64,000 nucleotides of DNA from Trichoplax sp. H2 (GCA_003344405.1 NOWV01000019.1:62001-126000); one strand, 5' to 3'; positions 14,911 through 29,750 are shown, numbered from the stretch's first letter. The notes: generated from the letters alone by a model not told the origin. Numbers and translations: made by a program.

Positions 14911-16050
14911 AAAAACCTCTTCATGTAGTCTTCTTAGATTTATATGATGGTTTTAATTTAGATATTCAATTTAGCAAAGTGGCAATTCATAAATAAGTGC
15001 TCAAGTTCCTATTCCTCCTAGCAATCTAGTCTTATATATCAACTAATGTTGTCTGAATCGATTTAAATAAAAAAGAAGGGAAATTTCTCTTAAAAATAAA
15101 AGAAAGCTGATTCCAAGCATGAAGGTAAGACTCGTAGTTATGGCAATACTTTTAGTAATCCATTGAAATAAATATTTAATTTAGGCACTTCAAAATAGAG
15201 CCAATTTAAGCATGAAAGTAGTCTTACTCTCCTCTTATCATCCATGATTTATATATATCTTGCTAGTGAATACTGCGCTTTTTTCTAGAAATTGATTAAT
15301 ATCATCCACACTTATTTGACCTGGCTTAGTTCGTTTGAAATCAAAGCAAGATGAACAAAGATCTATGGTAGTAAAATTTTAGGTTGTAAATTAGTGATAC
15401 AAATCAGTCTTTTTTGCATCTACCTACCAGTATAAATGTTAGCTATTGCGATGGAAATCGATCAAAATCAAAGAAAGATAAATTTCGACAGAGCTGTCAA
15501 ATCTCAAGCCAAAATCGATCCTTATAATATAAATAAGTGTTGCATTTAGCACTCTATCAATGCTAATATCAGCTAATGGAAATGGCGTCGATCAAAAAGT
15601 ATAGAAAATGAATTTAGGTGTAGGTAGTTAAATCCTAAACCTGAAATCAACGATACAAGTTCTTACTTGCAATCGTTCAATAAAAGCGCTGATAATGCAG
15701 TCACGATCAATATGAAAAAAAGAAAATGACTATATATGTAGCAATAAAATATAAATTCCCGATGAATGCATTTTCAAATCATAATAAGATTAATCCAGTA
15801 GCAATAATACTCTAGGTAATGGATGGATGATACAAGTTAATTTTGCTCATGAACTCTCAACCAATGCATTTTCAAATCTAAACAAGATCAATCTAAACAT
15901 AACAGTGAAACCCTAGGTTATAATACCACTCGATATTACTCCTGACAATCTATTAATATCAACCCTGAACGAATGCGCTTTTAAATCAAAATAAGATCAA
16001 TGCACACCTAATAACGAAATTTTAGGCTCTAAATCAGTGATCTAGGTCAA
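13150..16050. repeat. Highly degenerate ~110-130 bp tandem arrays following each duplicated block
   Basis: Recurring motifs taatgcaagtcgatatttt (13943, 14050), variants at 14182 and 14311, ttgattc(t)aatcaaaat, and gatacaagt / tgcattttcaaatc in 15400-16050. Confidence 0.6.
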
Positions 16051-19000
16051 GAATAGACTAAAACCGAAGAAATTGTACGCTTATAGGGGACGCACATCCT
16101 AATCTATGTTATTTGTCAATGATATCAGGTAAGTACTCGGGCATTTCTGATTTACCTCTGGATCAACTTCCTTTCTAGTGGTTTAAATTGATTGGAATCA
16201 AATAAGATTAGTCCTTATTTTCGGTCAACGATTACACAATCTCCTTCAAATTGCTTTTATTCCTTCCTTATGTTTATATATTTATATAAACTACAGTAAA
16301 ATAAAATATCAAGAAAGGAAGAGAAAATAGCAATTGTTGAACAAGTATTTTTCTTCTTCTCTGCGATGATATCATGCTACTCCATCATAATTGATTTGAC
16401 ACTTTAGAAATATAACAGAAAGATAATGATGATAATGATGATGAGCAGAAAAGAAAGAATTTTATCATGTTAATAACACGTAATTGATGCAAGCTATAAC
16501 ATATAATATATATGGCGTAGGTTCTCATCAGATGAATTTTGTGCCTTTCTTACAACAGAAATTCAGCATTGATTATTCTATTGCCATCCTATTTCTCCAA
16601 AGACTTGAATCCACAAGCTAGACTTGTTTAACTGATCTATTAGTTCGTATTATGCTATATATTAAAAGTGGTTTTAAATTATATGAGATAATCTAGTGAA
16701 GTCTGTTGCTAAGCTTGAGACATGGAAAATTAGAGTCAATCTTACGAGATGGATTATAATGACAAGGGCACATCATCATGATAGGCGACAGATGTTTATG
16801 TTTGTCCTGAATGGCCATCAGTAGCAGTATTAACATCCATAGAGTCATCTTTACGTTTCCAAGTTATTAAAATGAATATTATCGAGCATGATGTTGATAA
16901 GAGTTATCGATATTGGCTTATCTATGGTATAAAACACTACTTGGGATAAACTCTAATCCATCTTTAAATAGATGTATTTTCTTGCAATCTAGTCGGAAAC
17001 ACATTAATAACAGCGTGATTGCTCCTCCTTTAAGTAGCTAAAGTATAGGAAATAAAGTCCCAAATTACTGGCTAGGGATGATTGGCTCACTTTTAGAAAG
17101 GATGACAATCAAATTTGAGCAGAATAAATTGTACAGACAAGTTCTTGCTAAAAATTCCCCACAAAACTGACTATTGAGTATCTTGCACAGATACCATAAA
17201 GAGTATTCAATGTCGGAAAATAGATTCTAGGCCCTATAGAATCATCGGCTATATTGACTATAGTTAGTATTGGTTATGCTATTGGTAAGAGAAATGTGAA
17301 ATTATTTGAGTGATCTATTCCTTTGTAGTCATAGAACGAAGAGCTGACGATAAATTATCCATGCAAGCGTTGATGGATGATAAATAACAATTTAAACGGT
17401 CTTAAATCCCATATATAAAAACATAACATAATTTTATGAGTATTAGAGACAATTAAAAATTGATGAAGGCCGAATGGATATATACTCTCTATCACTATCA
17501 ATATGAAAGATTCTTGATTATACGCGATAGAACTAAAGAAGTATCAATTATGCTAGAGAGCTAAGCACAGATTTAGGCTAAAAGAAATTTCCTAAATAGC
17601 TTAAAGAATTAACAAAAATTCTATCTCAGATCGAGTTATAAAATACATACGGTTTCGCTGATGATTTTTAAAAAGTTGCAAGCTAACTTTTGTGGAAGGA
17701 AAAGCGTACCATGGGCGAGAAATAAGATATGTGCACATTTTTTTTACACTAGTAGCGAGAGGGAAAAATCAACAATCTACTGTTTGATCCGTTTCATTTT
17801 TCATGCCCTTTAGGATCGTCCTTCAATTGGACAATCCTATTAGCGATGGTTGCTAACGTTTACTTGATTCGCTACATGGCGCATGTTGATGACTTGGAAT
17901 TAAACAATGTGATCGACTATCTTGCTTGGCAATGCTACTTAGTAGCTACGGGATAATCAAATGATTTATCAATCGATGATGAAAATTAGTAAAACTAGTT
18001 GATAGGATCATCATCGCTATTATGACTACCGCCAGAAGGCCAAGAATCAACGTTAGAAACGATGGGAGTTACGTTATTCATATAGACAGCATCATCTCAT
18101 TAATTGTCTGGCAACAACAACAACAAAAAAAAACATCCCCAAGCAAATTGATAATCAACAGAGTTTAGCTTGTTTTAGCAACATGATTTTATCCTATTGC
18201 AATCCATGTTCCATGGATTAGTATCGTATAAAGAAGGATACAAGAGGAAAGGGAAAAACAACAACAACAAAAAATATCAAATCAAAATCAACTCTCCATC
18301 TCTTACCTTGTAAATAGAAAATGATGTAAGATAGAGGAAATCAACGACAATCAAGATGTAATCAATCAATATTAACTTGTTAATAAGTGGTAATGGCTTT
18401 CAATACTTCTCTCTGGACTTAATTTAGATATTTTTGGGGGAAGAAAGACACAGCAGATGGTATCGAATCAATTGCAAAGAATAGGCAATGTTTAAATTCC
18501 AACTGTAGTGATTACTTGTATTCAAATGAATTGTTTAGAGAATGTTGTTTCATCACACATTGAAACAGTTCCTATGGCTTCTTTGCTGTTACGTTAATTT
18601 AAAACCCAGTAGTTGGTAAGCTAACAACTCTCCTATCAATTCAATCACTTACTCAATTTCTTCCTATTAGCAGTACTCATCAATGGATCACTTGTTTCTT
18701 GAGCTAAATGGTGCGTGTGCAGATGACGGTTATTTTTTTCCTCTTTTATTCTCTTAATTCATTTAGACTGATGCCTTTTATTCTTGTCCTAGATAACGTC
18801 AGTTAATCTAATCTTTATCTAGTCTAGTGTATAGAAAGGAGAACCAGCATTGAGTAGTGTGGCTCATGCATTGAACTAGATGTATTGTTCAATAGATAAT
18901 AAGGAAGGCAAGATTGCGCCGACTACAAGATAAGAGAACAATATAACCATTCATCGTTTATCTTAATTGTTTTAATCAGAATTGATTACGTCCACAAGTT

Positions 19001-19159
19001 ATCTCATCAATCCATTCTTCTCTTCTCATGTCAACAATATAAATCATAATAATTATTAATTTTGAAAAGAATGATGCAAATCATGTCAATGGCGACCATA
19101 GAGTTCAGAAAAAAAATACTAACTCTATGATGACGACACAAGATCACTGCACAAGCGCA

Positions 19160-21100
19160 AAATAATGTAAATAGTAGTTAGCAAGGGATTGAATTAATAG
19201 GTTATGCCTATGGTCTAATTAATTCTTGATGGCGTGTCTGCAGCGCAAAATTTATACAAAGAAAGGAGTAAACCACATCTTCAACAATCTTGCACACTAT
19301 CATTGACCTTTGCAGCTTAATTTTAAGACAATAATAATAATGTCATTTAAGGCAAGGGGCAAAAACTAGAAGATGCTTATTAATTGAAATGGTATTAATC
19401 AAGGAATTGAGTTAAAAGAATGTAAAAATCATTTAACTCAATCTTGCCAACAGGTTAGTACCGGAAGCTTATACGAAGAAAACAACAGACTATATGTTCT
19501 ATAGTACTATCGATCTCTGCAATTTATTTTCTACTGAATGACGAACATCTGTCAATGATAAATGAGGATAACAGATTAACAGTATATCGTCAAAATAATT
19601 AATATAGCAGTAAGTAAAGGATTGAATTAATAGATTATAGTAATAGTGTAATGAATTCTTTGTGGCTAGTCTGCAACGCTAGTTTATACAGAGAGGGAAT
19701 GAGAAAATTATATCTTGTACTAAATCATTCATCTTTGCAACTTATTTTTGAGAGAATAACGGCAATGTAATTTAAGACAAGATAGAAAAACTAGAAGGTA
19801 CTTAATGATTGAAGTAGTTATTAATCAAGGGATTGAATTAATAAAGTGTAGAAATTGTTTAATTCAATCTTGCAAGCAGGTTAGCATCGGAAACTGTTGC
19901 AAAGAAAACAAGAGACTAGGTGGCATGCAGTACTATCGATTTCTGCAGCTAGGATGATAAAAATAAGTCATTATTAAGAGGAGATAATAAGTGTATGGAT
20001 GAAATAATTAATATAGTCGTAAGCAAAAGATTGAATTAATAGATTATAGTAATAATGTAATGAATTCTTAGTGGCTAGTACACCGTAAGTTTATATATGA
20101 GGTCATGAGAAAATCACATCTTGTGCGAAACCATTCATCTTTGCAACTTATTTTTAAGACAATAATGGCAATGCTATTTAATGCAAGATGGAAAAACTAG
20201 AAGATGCTTAATAGATGAAATAGTTTTAATCAATGGATTGAGTTAATAAAGTGTAGAAATCGTGTTATTTAATCTCGCTAGTAGGTTAGCATAGAAAGCT
20301 TATGCAACGAAAAAAGAGATTATACGTCATGCAGTATTATAAATTTCTGCAGCTAGGATGATGAAAATAGGTCTAGGGGATAATAGCATATGGATGAAAT
20401 AATTGAAATATTAGTAAGCAAAGGATTGAATTAATAGACTATAGCAATAATGGGATGGATTTTTTTGCGGCTAGTCTGCGGTGCTGGTTTATATGAAGGT
20501 GATGAGAAAATTACCTCTTGTACAATATCATTGACCTCTGCACACAGTAATGGCAATGCCATTAAAGACGAGACGGGAAAAACTAGGAGGTGATAAATAA
20601 TTGAAATAGTATCAATCGAAGGATTGAGTAATGGAGTATAGAAATCGTTAATTCAATCTTCCTAATTGGCCGACACTGGAAGCTTATACAAAGAAAATCA
20701 GAGACTGCATGTTATATAGAACTATCAATTTCTGAAAAGTATTTTCATTAAGATAAGAAACGCCTGTCAACGACGAAATAGGATAGCAGTATACGGCGAA
20801 TTAATTGAAATAGTAGTAAGAAGAGTATTGAACTAATAGATTATCGCCATGATGCAATGAATTCTCTGTAGCTAGCCTGCAGCGTAAAGTTATATAACAT
20901 CTAACATATCCAATAATGATATAGCCACACCTTGTGGAATATCATTAATCTCTGCAGACAATAATGCCAATATCATTAAAGATGAGACGAGAAAACTACG
21001 AGATGAAAAATAAATGAATTAGTATTAAGGGATTGAGTTAATAGAGTGTAGAAATTTTGTAGATTATCATTAATATCCGTAGTTTATTTTTAAGACTATA
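19160..21100. repeat. About 5 copies of a ~410-bp tandem unit built from two related ~200-bp halves
   Basis: The aataattaatatagtagtaagcaaaggattgaattaatagattatag motif recurs at about 19161, 19595, 20003, 20398 and 20800. A related half (aaaaactagaag...ttgaaatagtattaatcaagggattgagttaata) recurs at about 19360, 19787, 20192, 20578 and 20992. Confidence 0.9.
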
Positions 21101-22599
21101 ATACCAATAGCATAAGCTTGCATAGGGAAATGGTAGCTTTGACCTTCAGGTTTCGATCTTTTTTTATAATAATCGCAAAATGGCGTTAAAACAGGGATAA
21201 TGTAATATTGTATAAAAGCATAAAGCTAAAATATAGAAATAGCAAATTGGAGGTGGCTAGTAACATGCTAACCTACAGTATTTCACTCGATTCTATTAGG
21301 TGGACAGGAAGGTCTTCTATCTGCAGTAAAACGATAATTTTAAAGCTTTAATTTGGAAGTTGATCTGGCCCTTGTACGTAATATCAATGCCAATTTGCAA
21401 CTAACCGAAAGGGAATTCATACCTATATTTACTTAAATATTTTTCCATTAATAATTATAATTATATAATTTATAATCCTTTATTTTGGGTAGTGCTTTCG
21501 AACTACAGTAACTTTACACTTTATAGTATTACAAATAATTGCTATGTTGAACCATTATACCAAAATGATCGCAATATAAGCGCTATCTATTCAATAAAAT
21601 GGTTGCATAAATAACACCAGAGACTCCAAAAAGAGTGCTAATATAGTCAGATATTAGCAGCGACAGAGCGATCACAATTTCAATAATCTCTCTATCCTTT
21701 ACGCTAAGGATGAAAGAATTGGACAATTTTATCTAAATCAATATCGTAATTTGCATCTAGCTAAAATAATCTACGTCAATTCCTACAATTTATCCATATA
21801 AATGCTAGAGGAATTATTTTTCATTGATAATAAAGCTCAATTGTTACGGAATGTAAAAAGTGCACAAAATCATTCAAATTGATCATGATCAAGATCACCA
21901 TGGACGATCATTTCTCAATTCGGTTTAGCGAGGCAAGTAATGCGATTATGCTCATACCTATACTACAATTTTAAATCATTTCTTAAACCGTTTTTGGTAA
22001 TGGGGAGAGTCGTACAATTTTATACACGTCTAGCTACAATTTGCATTTTTCCTCAGCTATTACAGCACATGACAAGTAGCAAGTCTATTGCAATTAGACT
22101 CTTTGCCCATTCTATTTAGTACGCAAATGAGTGAACAATATCGTGCAAATTCATCCCATCTCGATATTCTTCTATACCGGTATTCCTTTTTACTATCCTA
22201 TCATGGATCTATCGCAATTATGATGCAACTTTGATTAGCCATAAAACGTAAGAACTATCCACTTTTCCTCTACTTGCTAGTATTTTGGAAGAATCATTTG
22301 CTCTAAGATTAATATAATTGATGGTAGATAATTTAATCATTTCCCAATTTTATTTAAGCATCTATGCTTACATGACGCAGTTTTAACTCTGTCAATGATG
22401 GTACCGCATAATCAATAACGATAGCAGACTGATTATCGCTTCAATCATTTCTCCATTTAGCCATACAGTAAATGGACAAATTATAATATGCAATTTTAAT
22501 TCTTGAAATGAAAAATGAATAGGTTTAGTGCCATGACTAATGTATCACGGCTCCAATCTTTCCGTATAACTGTAGCTCACTCACGATCATTATATGCAT

Positions 22600-23060
22600 G
22601 GACTATGATGATGGTTGGTAAAATTAGTTCCTGCCAACATCGCAGATTGGTCACTATTAGAGGATATGTCTGTATATCTACCTAAGCTACAGACGACTAG
22701 CCTTTATCTTAACCCCTTCACCATCATGAATGCTTTTGCAATGTCAGAAATAATTCCCATTCGAGATCATATCTTGATCCTCATTGATGTTATTTCATGA
22801 TTACCAATGCATTACATTTCCAATCCATCTGCAAATCTTAGCTTATTATGATTATTTGATGCATTGACCATGACGCAGGTTGATAGGATTGGTTTCTGCC
22901 AACATGGCAGAATAATCACCATTTATGTACATGTCTTCATATTTTATTAGGCAACAGACATACTCTAACCGTATCCTAGCCCTTTTACTTTCATGAAAGC
23001 TTTTTACAATGGCAAAAATAATAATGACCTTTTAAATTCATATCTCTATCCTAATTGGCA
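22600..23060. repeat. Diverged ~265-bp tandem duplication
   Basis: ctgccaacatcgcaga...acagac...tcatgaatgcttttgcaatgtcagaaataat (from ~22600) vs ctgccaacatggcaga...acagac...tcatgaaagctttttacaatggcaaaaataat (from ~22866). Confidence 0.75.
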
Positions 23061-24954
23061 AGAGATGCGCTGATTCTAACATCTCATCTTCATTCATTTT
23101 AGTCGACGATCGATCTTTTAGGATTATTTCTATATTAATAACTACCGGTATTGCATGTTGTGTCAGGACTAGCTAGGCATATGCTCAATCGAACATGTTT
23201 GAAATCCATAAAAATCGTATTAAAATAAGAAAAGATGGCAAGATTGGCAATGACTAAAAGTATCGGTCTAGCGAGAAACAATAATTATCGAGCTAACTGC
23301 CTCGAGTAAAAGCGAAACAATTCTAAAACATATGATTGATCGGATTAGCCATTTTTCTATTTGTCAAGGAACATAAGCGAAAGAAAATCTCTACACTATT
23401 TGCTTTTAATGGATTGATTGACCTTTCCACCTAATGTTAACCAGAGAAATTTATATTGACGTCGATGTATTGACTGTTTAGTATTTCGTAATACGGTTTG
23501 TTTACTTACTGAAGGATTGCAATAATGTCCTTTGATATCTTACCGGCGAGAAAGACTGTAAAAGATACTTTGTATGATGGGTCTAATTTATCCCTCGATT
23601 GATAGAGAAATGCTGCTAACCATGATAGCAATTCTCTTTCATCAATATTAGCAAATGGTACGACCATCAAATGATCTATCGTGAGTAATTTGATTAATAA
23701 ATGCAGGGAATCGTTTGAAATACTCATCCATTCCCCACCTTTTAAAGGTTCAGTTCAGTCTTAAAATCCAATCTATCATTTTATTCTGATAGAATATTTC
23801 CTTCCTCTATCTTATCATCTGTTTTATGATTGTTTGTTGGGCCACAAATGAGTTAGGAGTAAGATCAAATTCAACTACCAATCCGCCCTATTAGACTGCA
23901 TTCGATCACCTAAGTAATCAGCTGACGTTGATTAGACTTTCTTAAATTGATGTTATGGTTTATCTAGAAATTCTAATTTTGAGGAATAGACTAGAAGGTA
24001 GAAAAATGCCTCATGTTAAAGGGCAAAGGTAATCCTGTCAATATGCGAAATTATTTCGAGACAAGAAAAGAATTTCCTCGACTAACATACGGTCGAGAAT
24101 CTTCTCCATCATGAATTGTGTTAGAAATCTAGCATAAGCTGGGAATAGATTAAAAAGATGGAAAAAAAATTTTATCCGAATTTATAATAATGGAAACTGT
24201 TTCATGCATCAATCAATGGAAATAATTCGCCTTTGATGAGATCCAAAATTCGATCAAGATTTTAAACCATTTATAAGCAGGATAGTGAGCGAAAAATGCA
24301 TCTTCTATAATGGGATAGATCGGATGTGTAAATCGACTAACGAATAACACTAACCTTACAGCATTGACAGTCTTCTTTTGCTTGGCTAGGAGTAGAATAT
24401 CCACATTAGCGGTATACAAAATGGATACCGTCTAATCTTTAAGCCCAAATATACCCTCTACACAAGAGCTAGGTCACAAATACTGTATGTTCTTAGACCA
24501 TAGTTTACTTTCAAAATAATCCATTATTCATGAGAGGTTAGAAGAAATTATATATTCAATTGGGGGTTTACTGTTAGTATCATCACTTATGGCTAAGGAG
24601 ATAAAAATTCTTTCTCTACCCAAGTTAGCTTTAATCTATTATTGATGACATCTTGGTATCAATTTGGATATCCCATCATGGTTCTACTAAGTAAAAGGCT
24701 TGTTTACGGAATAAGAACAATAAAATTAGACTAGCGTTTATCTTCTTGATTGCATAGTTTGTGATCTAGCTTCCATTATTTATGAGATGATGATAATACA
24801 TCAATCATCTACTGTCTTGGTTGTACTATAACTGCTTAAATAAAAAAATACAATCATAATTTTATTATATCTTTCTGCTTGATAATAAATTTCCTTATTC
24901 GATATCAAGAAGTTTTATCCCTACAGTAGACGCGTTAAGTATTCCATATTTTCT

Positions 24955-26900
24955 ATGAAAGACCAAAGATATTCATAGCAAAAAACGATGAAATGTGATC
25001 ATCTTCGTAGGCCATCACTTTACTTTTATCATCATTTATCCTATGTTCAAATTGAACTCAATACTGGTAATAAATTTTCATTTTAGTTATTGAGAGGTTT
25101 TCTTACGTAATGACATTTTAATTCGAATGCTTTCGCTACTCCTTACTTGCTTCGGCAAGGCTATACTATTCATAAAAAAGGACGATGAAATTCAATCATC
25201 TTCTTAAGCTACCGGTTTACTTTAATATCATTATTCCTATGCTCAAATTGAAGCCAACGCCGGCAATCAATTTCCTTTTTAGTAACCGAGAGATTCTTTA
25301 TTTGTAATTATATATACATACAATATGAATGTTCTAGTTACTTCCTAGCAAGACCAAACTATTCATACGAAAGGACAACGAAACTGGATCATCTACTTTA
25401 ATGTCATTTATCATATGCTCAAATAAAACTCAATACTGGCAACAAATTTCCATTTTCATTATCGAGAGATTTCATTTATAATTAATAATACTGATGCTTT
25501 AGCTACTCGCTATTTGATATTATAAGTTCAAAACTAATCACAGGTTGTAAGTTCAAAAATAATCACAGGGAAGGACGATGAAATTAGGCTATCTTACTAG
25601 GCCATCAATTTACTTTAATATCATTCATTCTATACTCAAATTGAACTTAATACTGCAATGATGCTACCATGAAAGGTTATTCAAGCTCATATTTCTTGCC
25701 CATTTTATCATTTACCTTCGGTCCATGAATCATTGTCATCAGGATACCTTAATCATACTACATTATAACGGTAAATCTACCCGGAATAAATGATGAAATC
25801 ATCTTTCTTCTTCTTTGCACTAGTTTTACTATTAATTATATTTATCATTCATGAAATATAGAAATATCCATCCTATACTGCAATAACTTAAATGTAAGTG
25901 AACTCGAGCTTTAGTATATCCATCTTCCTAGGCTATGAGTTTACATTTATCCTATATTCTAATTAAATCCAATACTGCAAGAATTATAATACAACGATGA
26001 CAGAGTAATGACACTTTAGTTATCCTTCTTTCCTATATTATAATTTCAATTTTCGCCCATGATATAATATGACGATATTTTGTAGCGGTAAAGCTACCCG
26101 GAAAGAATGATCAAAACATCTTTACTCCTATACACTAGCTTCCTGTTAATAATATTTGTTACTTAGAAATCGAGAAACATTTAATTTATGCAGCAATGAC
26201 GCAAGTGGGAGGATATTCAAGTTTCGAGTATATCCTTCCTTCCTCCATTACAGTTTACTTTTTTTATCCAAGATTGAAAATCATCTAGATCCTTTAACTA
26301 CTGTATTCATCTAGAAATTTAAAGACTGACGGTATAAAACTGTTCGTAGGAAAAGACGATGGAATTTCTACCTTATTCCTCTTATGCTATAGAAGATACT
26401 CATTTATCATTTATGAAATACTGAAATTTAATCTATCCAGGGCTGCAATTCTAAATTACATTTGATTAGAGGATGCCCTTCTTTCCTCTATGAATCCACG
26501 GTTCAGAATTTAAATCCTTAAACTAGTCTATATTGTAAAGTAAATATTACAGAGATAGTGATTAGGAATGAAAATTTTACACTATTCCTCTGATGCTATC
26601 ATTGACCCACCGTGGAAATTGAATATATCCAGTACTGCAGTCCTACACTACACATAAAGTATTAATTAAGTTTTAGCCCATCCTTGTTCCCTACATTCTT
26701 ATTTAGCTTTTACCCGTAATTCACAATCTGAATCCTATTAATTTCTTTATATTATAAGGTGAACAAGATCGGGGTATAGCTATTCAGAGAAAATTACTCC
26801 TCTTATGCTATGATTCAATGTTCCTCAATCTATCCCATACGACAACGATCAAATATAGAAAAAGGCACTTAAGTTTTAGCCTACCCCACCTCCCCTAAAT
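24955..26900. repeat. ~200-bp tandem array (4 clear copies to ~25660) grading into more degenerate copies
   Basis: (g)acgatgaaat...atcttc...tttactttaatatcatt...ctatgctcaaattgaactcaatactg at about 24985, 25181, 25375 and 25575. Related ggtaaa(g/t)ctacccgga...atgat units at ~25770 and ~26087. Confidence 0.8.
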
Positions 26901-27231
26901 CATAATTTATTATTCATCGACATTATAATGCGTAAAGTGTTGGCAAAAATTCATCAATGGCAGTAATCAACCATAACTACTCCAAAGGTAAATCAAAATT
27001 GCAATTGTAAGAGTCAAGTAAAAGAATCACTTTATTGCAATGCCTACAAGCCATATTATGAATATGAATGAATTGCATACTAAAAAATATGCTATCCTGC
27101 TCTGATGGTAAAATAAACTTTAATCCTTTCTACTGCATTATCCTGCATGATTAATATCTCAATCCCGATATCATGCAGCTATCATAGCATCTGATGAGAG
27201 ATATGAGTCAAGGTGGACAGGTGGACCCAGC

Positions 27232-27520
27232 GCCAATTTTCAATCAACACTTTGAATGGCCGATTAATATCAAGCTTGTTGTTTTTACTTGATTAATGAG
27301 ACTGTCATTAGGTAAATATTCTTCAATGCTGGAATGCAATGAATGGTCGGTCATTCTCAACAGGAAATCAAAGGCCCAAAGCCAATTTTCAATCAACACT
27401 TTGAATGGCCGATTAATATCAAGTTTGTTGTTTTTACCTGACCAATGGTGGAGAAGATCATTAGGTAAACATTCTCCAATGCTGGAATGCAGTGGATGGT
27501 CATTCCAACTGGAAATCAAA
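27232..27520. repeat. Recent 149-bp tandem duplication
   Basis: gccaattttcaatcaacactttgaatggccgattaatatcaag is identical at 27232 and 27381, followed by near-identical tcattaggtaaa...aatgctggaatgca...ggaaatcaaa. Confidence 0.92.
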
Positions 27521-27529
27521 ATAAAGCAT

Positions 27530-28450
27530 CTCTTCTTTGCGAGAGTATGATGATAATGGTGAAGAAATGCGTTTATTTCTATATTTGTTATACCGTCTCG
27601 TACTCAACTTGCCGATCTAATTAATATCTGCGTATGTCAACATGATTTTACTTTATAACAAAGTACCATGCTAAAAGTATTCCTATCGCATACGCAAACA
27701 GAGATGATGCTTTATAGTAGCCTTTACAACGAGTAAATAAAGCGATAGCATTAATACTGCCACGTTCTAATATCAGAAAGGCGCTTAATTAACAAGGACA
27801 GGGTTAGCGTCTTTAGCCGGTCTATCGCAATTAAAATTGTGAAACCTTTTCATGGCGAGAAGATTACGATGATGGTGAAGAAATGTGTCTATTTCTGCAT
27901 TTATTATCCCTGTAGAACTCAACTTAGTAATAAAGTAAATATCAACATTATTCCATTTTATGACTAAGTATCAAGATAAAAATATCCCTATCATATACCC
28001 AGACAGAGATGGCACTTTGTAGTAAAAAGCAAAATATCTAAATCGATTTTATTGCAATTAAAATTGCCAAATCTTTTCTTGGCTAAGCTACGATGATGAT
28101 AAAGAAATACGTCTGTTTCTATATTCATTATCCCTTGTAGTACTCAACTCAGCAATAAAGTAAATATCAACATAATCTTATTTAATGACAAAGTAGCATG
28201 ACAAAAAAATATCTGCATCACATACGCAAACAGAGATAGTACTTTGAAGCCAAAAATGGCAACATCTTAACCGAGCGATAGCATTGAAGGTGCTAGGTTG
28301 TAATATCAGGAAAAAGTGTTTCCATAACGAGGACAGGGTAAGTATCTTTAGCTAGTATATAGTATTTAGAGTCGTATAACTTCTAAGAGCTTCTCCTTGA
28401 CGAGAATATGATGAGGATGAATAAGAAATGCATCTATTTCCATATTCATG
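27530..28450. repeat. 4 degenerate copies of a 230-320 bp unit
   Basis: gatgatggtgaagaaatgcgtctatttctatatt-like motif at about 27550, 27868, 28092 and 28412. Shared tactcaactt, aaagtatcatg and catacgcaaacagagat blocks. Confidence 0.8.
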
Positions 28451-29294
28451 ATCATTATTACAAAACTGAACCACACAAAGATTTTAATTTCTGGATGATC
28501 GTAGAGATCCATTCCGAATCAAATGAGCCATTCATGACCAAAAAGGCCTTAAAAATAGCCTAATCCAATCTTGTCAACCCTACTCCACATTAATTTAGTT
28601 TATCCATCCTTATTGGGCTGAAATTTGTAAAAAATCTTTCGTCAACAATAACATTATAGTAATTAGTGAAAAATACCCGTTCATGTGAACAGAGGGAAGG
28701 AAGTATAATAAAATATTGACAATGTGGTGTTTAGCAGCTACTATTCTTGGAATTTTTACGTTATAATTAGTATGTATTATTCTATAAATAGTACTGTTTA
28801 ATGATTTAAATCATACGCAAAACTAAAGGTATCATGAAAATAACCTACTTCAATTCAAATTGACATAAATGATAATGTCATCTTCGAATAAATTGACTTA
28901 TTCCAAGAGCAAAATTCTTAAAGTAACCCGTTGCATTTAATACCGTATGCTAAAAGGAAACTTAATGAGAACGATTTTCATCGTTTAGACCTAGATCCAA
29001 TTACGATCCCATAAACTATCAAAGATCCTTAGCCGAAATTGCATGGCTCATAGCCAATGTCAACAAAATGAAGAAATCTTCTAGAAATTTATGCAAGCAT
29101 TAGATTACCAATACATTATCACGAATAGAATACTTTTGCATTATCTTCACCTCAAAATTGAACTAAAAATTTCCCAATTTTGTAGACTCTATCATCATCC
29201 AGTCTAATTAAATATTACAACTAGCAGATTCGTAGCCCAATGGCTACTTCAGTTCATGAAAATCTATTAAAGACTTAAAGACATCACCTCACTT

Positions 29295-29750
29295 GGGGCG
29301 AAAGGAAAGTTAGAAAGAGATTACCGATAGATTGGCAGTAGCAACCATCTGGTTATTAAGATCTATTGCAAGGTATATGATTATTAATTGCATGCAACAT
29401 CAGTGATGAGATCTCTGGCATCGATTCGTTTTATAATTAGGTAACTATCGACTCAAGGCATAAGCGCACTTGTCTCGAAAGCGAAAGAAAAGAAAGAGAG
29501 GCGAAGATTGCTGATAGATTACTGGTAGCAATCATTGGGTTATTAATTAAAATCCGATCCGCGATATACGGTTATTAATCATGTACAACATTGCAAATAG
29601 AATCTCTCATCACATCTACAGTAGTAATATTACTATCCAATAGTTATGGATTTAAAGCTTAAGCAGCCGTGAAAAGAAAGGGAAGGAAAGAGAGATAGAA
29701 ATTAGCGACAGATTGCCAGTAGTAATCATCCAATGATTATAATTAAAGTA
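29295..29750. repeat. 3 degenerate copies of a ~185-bp unit
   Basis: Purine run + agatt(a/g)c(c/t)gatagatt...(c/g)agtagcaa(c/t)cat...ttattaa at about 29300, 29485 and 29672. Confidence 0.7.

Noticed and set aside
27244-27550. Overlapping ORFs with internal peptide repeats
   Set aside because: Produced by the 149-bp duplication, whose unit is not a multiple of 3; no protein features.
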